A stretch of DNA of 64,000 nt from Acidobacteriota bacterium (GTDB taxonomy: Bacteria; Acidobacteriota; UBA890; WLXD01): positions 1,728,001 through 1,792,000 of the forward strand of contig CBDFKD010000002.1 in the NCBI GenBank assembly GCA_965248695.1. The letters run 5' to 3'. A program made the position numbers and the translations under genes. Shown here piece after piece: positions 56,275-64,000 of the stretch. The stretch's first letter is position 1, and each line of letters starts with the position of its first letter. The notes below the pieces were generated by a model. The model ran no database searches and was not told where the DNA came from. It saw only the letters and a program-made list of their open reading frames with translations.

Positions 56275-57757
56275 ATGATCGCCCTTACGCCGGTCAGGCC
56301 CGTGGAGGTGGCTGAGGAAATCGATCGCCGGCTACGGCACATCGCCGCTGCCCTCAGCTCTGATGACCGCCGACTGGCGACCGACGTCGATCGTTACACC
56401 GATCACCTGGCCGACGTGCTACCGGACGAATGCGCCCGCACGCTCCATGTCGACGATTTCTCGCTGATTACTCATCTGCGCGACATCGCCGGTATCGACT
56501 ACTACCCAAGCAGGGCGTTCGTCCGACAGCGGGACGGTGATCTCGTCGCCGGCACGTTCCCGCCGATAGACGGATATGCCGACTACCTCGAAGAACATCT
56601 CGGGCTAGGACGATCGCAATATGTCTATGCAACTCCGGTACCCGGTGCCCTGAACTACGCGGCGTTTGAGGCCATCCTCGCCGACGAGATGGCTCAGGAG
56701 AGCATCACGGAAGCGGTCCGGGAGCTGCGTGGCGATTTCTGGCTCCATCCGTACATGGGGCTCGAGGGCGCCTGGAAGCTCGCAGAGCTACTCGCCGACC
56801 GCAGTCGACGTCGTGTGCGGGTACTGGCGCCGCCGCCTGGTCTCACCGAGCTCGCCAACAACAAGGTGTGGTTCAGAACGGCGGTCGAGCAAACGCTCGG
56901 CGAGGAGTGGGCGCTGCCGTCGCGCAGCGGCCACACCGCGGCGGAGATTGCCGACAACCTTGTTCGTATCGCTGCCCACGCGCCACGGGTGGCCATGAAG
57001 CTCGCCGACAGCGCCTCCGGAATGGGTACGGAGATCATCGATCGCGAGCAGATACGGGGGCGGTCCTCCGAGTCGCTCGGGACGTTTGTCGCCGACTGGC
57101 TCTCCGGCCACGGCTGGCGTACAGGATCGGCGCCGGTTTCGGTCGAGCCCTGGATGACCGACGTCGTCGGCTCCCCCAGCATCCAGCTCTGGATACCGCC
57201 CCGAGGCGGTGGGCCACCGCTGCTCGAAGGAGTCTTCGATCAGCGCTTCTACCCCGGCCAGGAGCACGTGTTTCAAGGCAGCGTGCGCAGTCGATTGCCC
57301 CGCTCCCTGCAGCAGCGCATCGGCGCCGCCGGTTTGCGGATGGGTAGACTTTTCCAGCTTCTCAACTACGTCGGGAGGTGCTCTTTCGACACCATTCTTT
57401 GCGGCTCGAGCCCTACCGACGCCACCATCAAATTCACCGAGTGCAACGGGCGGTGGGGGGGGCGCCAGCACACCGATGAGCCTGATGAACCGACTGTTCG
57501 GGGACTACCGAGAGCAGCCCTACACAGCCGGGGTGTTGCATGCCGATTGTCTCGCCGGCGTCAGCCTTGACGAGTTCGTACGACGCCTTCCCGACGTGCT
57601 GTTCGATGTGCGCTCAGGCCACGGCTGGGCCATTGTGCTCAACGTCGGGTGCCTGCAGCCGGCAGGCAAGCTCGACGTCATTACGTTCGGCGAGACTTCG
57701 GCGATCGCAGAGCGAAGGCAGAAGGAATTCCTCGACACGGTGACGTCGTGTTTCTAG
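56275..57757 (+). pseudogene. preATP-grasp/ATP-grasp peptide-ligase-like (PGM1-like) gene, split by a +1 frameshift in a G8 run
   Basis: LHPY, ANNKVWF, MKLADSASGMG, SPSIQ, YVGRCSFD, FTECNGRWGG; removing one G from 57455-57462 joins it to ASTPMSLMNRLF...GKLDV in the second frame. Confidence 0.65.
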
Positions 57758-57778
57758 CGGTCAGCGGACGAGGCGTCC

Positions 57779-58183
57779 ATGCATGAACCGGAAGCAACGA
57801 AGGCAATGGACGAGGTGGTCAGGCGTCTGAGACGCAACTCGATCCGTGCGTTGATCGCCCTCACAGTCGCTGTAGCGGTGACAACGTGGTCGGCAGCTCA
57901 GACCGCGGGATTGGTACTCTCAGGAGTCCTCATGTTGTTGAATTTCAAGGGGTTAGTGGCAACTACCAACAGTATCTTGGGCAGCGGTCAGGAAGCGCCT
58001 GGTGCACTCCACGCGATGCTTCTGCTGAGCCGCTATGTGTTGCTGGGTATTGGCCTCTGTGCTATCGTCCTGCTGCCAGGGGTGGGGCCGATTCCGGTCG
58101 CCCTGGGGCTCTCGATTCTCGTTATCGCGGTCCTTCTGGAAGCGATGTTCTACCTCTCCGCCGGCGCCGATCGCCGCTCCTAA
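57779..58183 (+). CDS. atpI: ATP synthase subunit I
   Basis: Four-TM protein with LLNF..L and RYVLL motifs directly upstream of atpB. Confidence 0.75.
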   Translation: MHEPEATKAMDEVVRRLRRNSIRALIALTVAVAVTTWSAAQTAGLVLSGVLMLLNFKGLVATTNSILGSGQEAPGALHAMLLLSRYVLLGIGLCAIVLLPGVGPIPVALGLSILVIAVLLEAMFYLSAGADRRS

Positions 58184-58200
58184 CTCGCCCAAAAACGATC

Positions 58201-58896
58201 ATGGAGCACGAGGTCTCTGCCCTCTACAACTGGTCGCACGGGGGCCTTGACGCCATCTTCGGCGCCGGGTTCATCACCGATCAGGTCGTCATGGCGTGGT
58301 TCGTCGTGGCGATGTCGCTGGTGACCCTGGTGTTGCTTGCCCGCCGATTCTCCCTGTATGAGCCCGGCCCGGCACAGCAAATGCTCGAGATCGGCGTCGC
58401 GTCGATCAACACCATGTGCGACTCCTTCATCGGCGAAAACGGTCGCAAGTACGCCCGCGTGATGGGCCCTATCGCGCTGTTCATCCTCCTGTCGAACCTG
58501 GTGGGCTTTGTCCCCGGGCTGCAGCCACCGACGTCCGACCTGAACACCACCGCGGCGCTCGGAATCAGCTCGTTCCTCATCTACAACTTCATCGGCATCC
58601 GCGCTCAGGGTACCCGGTACGTGCAGCAGTTCATCGGTGATCCGATCTGGCTGTCACCGTTGATGTTCCCCATCGAGATCCTCAGCCATCTGTCGCGGCC
58701 CATCTCGCTCTCGATCCGACTCTTCGGGAACATGTTCGCTGAGCACACGCTTGCCGGCGTCTTCTTCTTCCTGCTACCGATTGGCCTGCCGGTATTGTTC
58801 GCACCTCTAGGCGTATTCGTGTCGTTCATGCAGACCTTCGTCTTCGTGATGCTGTCGATGCTCTACATCGCCGGCTCGCTGGAGCATGGGCACTAA
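58201..58896 (+). CDS. atpB: ATP synthase Fo subunit a
   Basis: SNLVGFVPG..PPTSDLNTT, PIEILSHLSRPISLSIRLFGNM, MQTFVF..LS..YI. Confidence 0.96.
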   Translation: MEHEVSALYNWSHGGLDAIFGAGFITDQVVMAWFVVAMSLVTLVLLARRFSLYEPGPAQQMLEIGVASINTMCDSFIGENGRKYARVMGPIALFILLSNLVGFVPGLQPPTSDLNTTAALGISSFLIYNFIGIRAQGTRYVQQFIGDPIWLSPLMFPIEILSHLSRPISLSIRLFGNMFAEHTLAGVFFFLLPIGLPVLFAPLGVFVSFMQTFVFVMLSMLYIAGSLEHGH

Positions 58897-58944
58897 GGCC
58901 CCGCACCCGGCCGGTTACGGCCACCCCTGGAAAGGAGCACTCCG

Positions 58945-59274
58945 ATGTCCAAGCGGCTCGCCCTGCTAGCGACCACCGCGTTCGTGCTACTCACGCCGAA
59001 CCTTGCCCTGGCGCAGGAAACTGCCAACAACTACGACGTCGGCTCGGCGGTCGCTCTGGCAGCCGGTTTCGGCATGGCTATCGCGGCCGCTGGTTGCGGC
59101 ATCGGCCAGAGCCGCGCCATTGCCGCCGCTCTCGAGGGCATCGCACGGAACCCGAGTGCGGCCGGCCCGATCAGAGCTTCGATGATCTTCGGCCTCGTGC
59201 TCATCGAATCCCTGGCCATCTACGCGCTGTTGATCGCGATTCTGTTGATCTTCAATTTCGCGCCGGAAATGTAG
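58945..59274 (+). CDS. atpE: ATP synthase Fo subunit c (with N-terminal signal-like extension)
   Basis: RBS AAGGAG; GIGQ, ARNP loop, LIESLAIY. Confidence 0.96.
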   Translation: MSKRLALLATTAFVLLTPNLALAQETANNYDVGSAVALAAGFGMAIAAAGCGIGQSRAIAAALEGIARNPSAAGPIRASMIFGLVLIESLAIYALLIAILLIFNFAPEM

Positions 59275-59448
59275 ATCCGGCGCGGCCGTCATCGGCTGCG
59301 AGCAGCTTTCGGGAGCCGTCGCAGAATTCGTCCTGCGGCGGCTCGCGTTCGTTTGGGCACCCGCTGAGCCAGCCACGGGCTGCGCTGCTAAGATTACGCA
59401 GCACGGTCAAAATCTCCGCGTCAGCCGCAGTCCTCCGTCGCGAGCACG

Positions 59449-59943
59449 ATGTCCGACTACCACGGTTACCAGATCGACTATGAGGATATCGACGTCAGGG
59501 GGCTGATGGAGCAGGTGCAGGCGCGTGCCGCGGCGCGAGCCGAGGAGGAGCCCTGTAGCGTTGGCGGCTCCTCGCCCGACCAGCTCAAGCGACTCCGGGA
59601 GAGTATCGTTCTCGACGACGAGCGCCCCTACGAGCTACAGCGAGCACTCCAGTTGCAGGGCGACTGGAACATCAGCCCTGAAGACCTGCGAGCGTCGCAC
59701 GATGGCCCTATCGGGGCAGTGATCACAGCCGTCCGGCGCCTGCTCCGTCCGTTCGTGAAGATGGTCGTCAACCTCGACGCGCCGCTACACAAGCAGTTCA
59801 AGATCAACCTCGGTCTGGCGAATGCCATCCACGAGCTGACCCTCGAGAACGCCGCTTTGCGTCAACGTGTGCAGGACCTCTCGGTGCACGTCGATCAGCG
59901 CTCGGAACCCGACGACGGCGCCTCTGCCGGCACGCATTGCTGA
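59449..59943 (+). CDS. Hypothetical coiled-coil protein heading a glycosyltransferase cluster
   Basis: IDVRGLMEQVQAR, SH.GPIG....VRRLLRP, coiled-coil C-terminus. Confidence 0.7.
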   Translation: MSDYHGYQIDYEDIDVRGLMEQVQARAAARAEEEPCSVGGSSPDQLKRLRESIVLDDERPYELQRALQLQGDWNISPEDLRASHDGPIGAVITAVRRLLRPFVKMVVNLDAPLHKQFKINLGLANAIHELTLENAALRQRVQDLSVHVDQRSEPDDGASAGTHC

Positions 59944-59947
59944 GCAA

Positions 59948-61168
59948 TTGCGCCTCGCTCTTGTTGTTCAGCGATACGGCGAAGAGATCTCGGGGGGAGC
60001 CGAGCTCCACGCGCGGCTGATCGCACAGCAACTTGCCCGGCGGCACGAGCTCGCGGTGCTGACGACGTGCGCTGCGGACTACGTAACGTGGCGCAATCAC
60101 TACCCGCCCGGGCTCTCGAGTCTCGACGGCGTTCCAGTCTACCGATTTCCGGTGCGACGGTCGCGGGACCCAAAGCGCTTCGGCCGATTGCAGGAGCGTG
60201 TTTTTCATCGTCAGCACGACGAGCGTGACGCTCTCGCTTGGATGGATGCCCAAGGACCCTATTCGCCCCGGATGGTGAAATGGATCGAGCACCATCGCGA
60301 CAGCTTCGACTACTTCATCTGCTTCTCCTATCGATACTGGACCACCTGGCGCGCGATGCAGGCGGTCACCGGCAAGGGCGTCCTGGTTCCGACCGCCGAG
60401 CCGGATCCGGCGATCGAGCTGCCGCTGTTCCACCCCGTTTTCCGTTCGGCGCGAGCGATCATGTACAACTCGCACGAGGAGCGCACGATGATCCAGCGTC
60501 ACTCTGGAAACGAGTCGGTTCCCGGAGTCGTGGTCGGGGTCGGGATCGTCGAGCCGCCGACGGTAGGCCCGGACCGCTTCCGTGCCGCCCATGGTGTCGG
60601 GGGGCCGTTTCTCCTCTACGTCGGTCGGATCGACCGCAACAAGGGTTGCGCGCAGCTCTTCGACTTCTACTTGCGCGCCTACGATCGCCTACGGGACGAG
60701 GGCTTGCGACCGCCGTGGCTGGTCCTCGCTGGCAGCGCCGTGATGCCGATACCCGAGCACCCGGCGATCGTTCACCTGGGGCGTGTCAGCGAGCAGGAAA
60801 AGTACGATGCTCTGGCCGCGTCGGCGGCGCTGGTGATGCCGTCCTTCTACGAGAGCCTTTCGATGGTCCTGCTGGAGGCCTGGGCGTTGTCGCGTCCCGT
60901 GGTGGTCAACGGCCATTGCGACGTCATCCGCGGGCAGTCAGAGCGCAGCAACGGCGGCTTGTGGTATCGGAACAGCACCGAGTTTGCGGAATGCGTGGGC
61001 TGTCTCGTCCAGGATCCTGATCTCGGAGCCGCTCTCGGCGCGCATGGGCACGCCTACTACGAAGCAAACTACACTTGGCCGACAATCGTCGACAAATATG
61101 AGTCGATGCTTGCCCGGCTACATGCGGACGACTCGGCGCGGCGCGATCCGCCGCAGCAGACCAGCTGA
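59948..61168 (+). CDS. Glycosyltransferase family 4
   Basis: VVQRYG...GGAE, YVGRIDRNKG, PSFYESLSMVLLEAW (EX7E); TTG start inferred. Confidence 0.9.
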   Translation: MRLALVVQRYGEEISGGAELHARLIAQQLARRHELAVLTTCAADYVTWRNHYPPGLSSLDGVPVYRFPVRRSRDPKRFGRLQERVFHRQHDERDALAWMDAQGPYSPRMVKWIEHHRDSFDYFICFSYRYWTTWRAMQAVTGKGVLVPTAEPDPAIELPLFHPVFRSARAIMYNSHEERTMIQRHSGNESVPGVVVGVGIVEPPTVGPDRFRAAHGVGGPFLLYVGRIDRNKGCAQLFDFYLRAYDRLRDEGLRPPWLVLAGSAVMPIPEHPAIVHLGRVSEQEKYDALAASAALVMPSFYESLSMVLLEAWALSRPVVVNGHCDVIRGQSERSNGGLWYRNSTEFAECVGCLVQDPDLGAALGAHGHAYYEANYTWPTIVDKYESMLARLHADDSARRDPPQQTS

Positions 61169-61204
61169 CGTGGAGCGCTCAGCGACTATCGGCAAGAACA
61201 GCGT

Positions 61205-62284
61205 ATGAAACCCCAAGGCATTCACCAGCTTTCGATCTCGGCCGCCCGCGGCGACGCTATCGGCAACGAGATGAGCCAGATCCGCACGGCCCTACGTGCG
61301 GCCGGTCACGAGTCGGAGATATTCGTCGAGTTGCTCGACCCCAGCATGGGGGCGCATGTGCATCCCTACAAGGAGTATCTGGACATCACCTCGCCCGACA
61401 ACCTCATGCTACTGCACTACTCGATGGCCTCTCCTGTAGCGAGCATGGCCGCCGAGCTCGAGGATCGTTTGGTGCTGATCTACCACAACATCACCCCACC
61501 CGAGTGGTTCGCGCCTTACTCGCTCGGGATCGCTCGGACCTGCGCGGCCGGCCGACTGCAACTCACGAGCCTGCGTGCACGCGCTGCGCTGGCGCTGGGG
61601 GTGTCCGAATACAATCGGCGTGAGCTTGAGGAGATCGGCTTCGAGCGCACCGGAGTCGTCCCGCTGCTGCTCGATCTTGCGGGCATGGACGGGTTGGTAA
61701 GCGACCGCATACTTGATCGCTACGGCGACGAGCGCACCACGTGGCTTGCCGTCGGACGGGTCGCACCGAACAAGTGTGTCGAAGACGTGATCCGGTCGTT
61801 CGCGTATTTCCAGCGATACGTCGACGATCAGGCGCGACTGCTGATCGTCGGCGAGCACCGTCACATCCTCCCCTACTACTACGACCTGCAGCAGTTCATC
61901 AGCGAGATCGGCGCCACCGACATCCACTTCGCGGGTCATGTTCCGGACGAAGAGCTCAACGCCTACTACCAGGTAGCCGACATCCTGGTCTGCCTGTCGC
62001 AGCATGAGGGGTTCTGTGTGCCGTTGTTCGAGGCTATCCAGAGTGGGCTGCCGGCGATCGCGCTGGCGGCGGCGGGCATTCCCTATTCCACCGGCGGCGG
62101 CGTCCTGATGGTAGAGGACGCCGACCCGGCCCTGATCGCCGAAACAGTCGCCTGTGTGCTCAAGGACACCAAGCTGCGAGCCGACCTGCTGGTGCGGCAA
62201 CGACGTGTGCTGGAGGAGCTCATGACGGACCGCGTTGTGGAGTCGCTCTTCGCCCATCTGCGAGATATCGGCGTCGAGGCATGA
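61205..62284 (+). CDS. Glycosyltransferase family 4
   Basis: GDAIGNE, IYHNITP, VGRVAPNK, SQHEGFCVPLFEA. Confidence 0.9.
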   Translation: MKPQGIHQLSISAARGDAIGNEMSQIRTALRAAGHESEIFVELLDPSMGAHVHPYKEYLDITSPDNLMLLHYSMASPVASMAAELEDRLVLIYHNITPPEWFAPYSLGIARTCAAGRLQLTSLRARAALALGVSEYNRRELEEIGFERTGVVPLLLDLAGMDGLVSDRILDRYGDERTTWLAVGRVAPNKCVEDVIRSFAYFQRYVDDQARLLIVGEHRHILPYYYDLQQFISEIGATDIHFAGHVPDEELNAYYQVADILVCLSQHEGFCVPLFEAIQSGLPAIALAAAGIPYSTGGGVLMVEDADPALIAETVACVLKDTKLRADLLVRQRRVLEELMTDRVVESLFAHLRDIGVEA

Positions 62285-62312
62285 CCGTACCCGTACGACG
62301 CCGAGAGGCGGC

Positions 62313-63392
62313 ATGAAGCCAGCAGCGATTCACCAGCTATCGGTCTCCGCCGCCTACGGTGACGCGATTGGCAACGAGGTGCTTCAGATCCGCGATGCCC
62401 TCCGTGACGGCGGACACGAGTCCGAGATTTTCGTGGAGATGGTCGACCACCGGATGGGCGACGAGGTCCGCCATTATCGAGAATACAGTGAGGTAGCGTC
62501 GAGCCGGAACGTCGTGCTGCTGCATTACTCGATGGGGTCGGCGGTCTCGAAACTGGCTCACGAGATCGAAGACCGACTCGTGCTCATCTATCACAACATT
62601 ACTCCGGCCGAGTGGTTCGTCCCGTACGAGTTGACAATCGCGCACGCGTGCGCCGCGGGTCGCCTTCAGCTGGCCGCGTTGCGGCAGCGAACTTCGTTGG
62701 CGCTGGGGGATTCCGAGTACAACCGCTGCGAGCTCGAGGAGCTGGGCTTCCAGCCCACGGGCGTCCTACCGCTGTTGCTCGACCTCGACAGCCTCGGCGA
62801 CCACGCAGACAGCATGGTGCTGGAGCTGCATCAGGAAGATCGCACCACTTGGCTGTTCGTTGGACGCATCGTTCCCAACAAGCGAATCGAGGATCTCATC
62901 CGCGCGTTCACGTACTACCAGCGCTATATCGACCACCGCGCCCAGCTGCTGATCGTCGGCGACCATGCGCCGTTCGCCAACTATCACCACGCCCTCCAGC
63001 GCCTCATGGGAGAGTTGCGCACGGACGGCGTTCGCTTCACCGGGCATGTGTCCGAAGAAGAGCTTCGCGCCTACTACCGGGTGGCCGACGTGTTTGTTTG
63101 TATGTCCGAGCACGAGGGGTTCTGCGTGCCCCTGTTCGAGGCGATCCATGGCGAGATACCGGTACTCGCTTTCTCGGCGGCCGCGATTCCATACTCCACC
63201 GATGGAGGGGTTCTGCTGCTCGAAGACAAGGATCCGGCGATCGTCGGCGAAGCGGTCGCGGCTGTCCTCCACGACGAATCGCTGCGCCGCAGCCTGCTGG
63301 CGCGACAGGCGCAGCTGCTGGCGCAGGTCGATCCTCAACACAGCCTCGATACTCTATTCGCACAGCTCAACCGCATCGGCGTGGACGTATGA
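62313..63392 (+). CDS. Glycosyltransferase family 4 (close paralog of the previous gene)
   Basis: GDAIGNE, IYHNITP, VGRIVPNK, SEHEGFCVPLFEA. Confidence 0.9.
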   Translation: MKPAAIHQLSVSAAYGDAIGNEVLQIRDALRDGGHESEIFVEMVDHRMGDEVRHYREYSEVASSRNVVLLHYSMGSAVSKLAHEIEDRLVLIYHNITPAEWFVPYELTIAHACAAGRLQLAALRQRTSLALGDSEYNRCELEELGFQPTGVLPLLLDLDSLGDHADSMVLELHQEDRTTWLFVGRIVPNKRIEDLIRAFTYYQRYIDHRAQLLIVGDHAPFANYHHALQRLMGELRTDGVRFTGHVSEEELRAYYRVADVFVCMSEHEGFCVPLFEAIHGEIPVLAFSAAAIPYSTDGGVLLLEDKDPAIVGEAVAAVLHDESLRRSLLARQAQLLAQVDPQHSLDTLFAQLNRIGVDV

Positions 63393-64000
63393 CCGCCGAT
63401 CGAATCCGCGTCAATCAGTTGCTGCCGGCAGCACACGTGCGCGACGCTACTGGTGATGCCGCGCTACACCTGGCTACCGGCCTCGAGCACGCCGGTTTCG
63501 ATGCCGGGGTCTATGCGCCGACAATTGACCGTGAGCTTGTCGGGCGCGTCAGGCCGGTCAGTGAGTTCGAGCCGGCCAGAACCACCGACGTGACCATCCT
63601 CCACTATGCGCTCGCGTCGCCGCTGGACGGCAAGCTGCTCGACTGCGCTGGCAAGCGGGTCGTTGTCTATCACAACCTGACCCCGCCGGAGATGTTGCTC
63701 CCCTCGTGTCCCGACGTGGCGCGCTTGACGAAGATCGGCCGCGATCAGCTGATCGCGCTTGCCCGCTCAGGCGGCGTAGACCTGGCGATCGGCGTCTCGG
63801 ACTACAACACAGCCGACCTGCGTGACGTCGGGTTTGCCAACACCACGACCCTGCCGTTGCCGATCGACCTGACGCGGTATGACGTCGAGTCCAACCCGAT
63901 CCTGGCAGAGCAGCTGGCTTGGCCCGGTCAGATCTTCCTCACCGTTGGACGGTTGTCACCGAACAAGCGTCTCGAGGATTTCCTGCGCATTGCCGCTTAT
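63389..64000 (+). CDS. Glycosyltransferase family 4, partial (runs off window end)
   Basis: Manually translated from ATG 63389: MTADRIRVNQLLPAAHVRDATG...VYHNLTPP...GVSDYN...VGRLSPNKRLEDF. Confidence 0.85.
   Translation, partial: MTADRIRVNQLLPAAHVRDATGDAALHLATGLEHAGFDAGVYAPTIDRELVGRVRPVSEFEPARTTDVTILHYALASPLDGKLLDCAGKRVVVYHNLTPPEMLLPSCPDVARLTKIGRDQLIALARSGGVDLAIGVSDYNTADLRDVGFANTTTLPLPIDLTRYDVESNPILAEQLAWPGQIFLTVGRLSPNKRLEDFLRIAAY

Noticed and set aside
58945-59274. Na+-specific c-ring
   Set aside because: Has Gln and ES..Y but ESLAIY rather than ESTxxY; ion specificity cannot be called from sequence alone.

Overview
High-GC bacterial chromosome segment. Gene content and order (ppiD-mreBCD-mrdA-rodA-rng, Fo-only atp block, c-subunit with N-terminal extension) suggest Acidobacteriota; this is inference only. 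Bases 1-25 kb (minus strand) hold an unusual type IV filament locus. It has PilB/GspE, PilC/GspF, a PilM-PilN fusion, PilO and PilP-like genes, a GldAFG-type ABC system, and ten paralogous large GspG-type prepilins, one of them truncated by an IS3 element. Five small excisionase/BldC-like HTH genes are interleaved, a consensus sigma54 promoter heads the array, and a PilS/PilR-like two-component pair is adjacent. The rest is mostly housekeeping: M48 protease, phosphoribosyltransferase, nadE, ppiD, the elongasome operon, rng, a kinase-like/Omp85 fusion, selA, an 11-subunit complex I (no nuoEFG), atp gene1/I/B/E interrupted by two genes, and tandem GT4 glycosyltransferases. NuoL carries an exact 26-aa helix duplication (the 2M-complex signature) although the operon has only one nuoM. 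A small CTAG-anchored MITE-like repeat occurs five times. All calls come from reading motifs by eye; no database searches were run.
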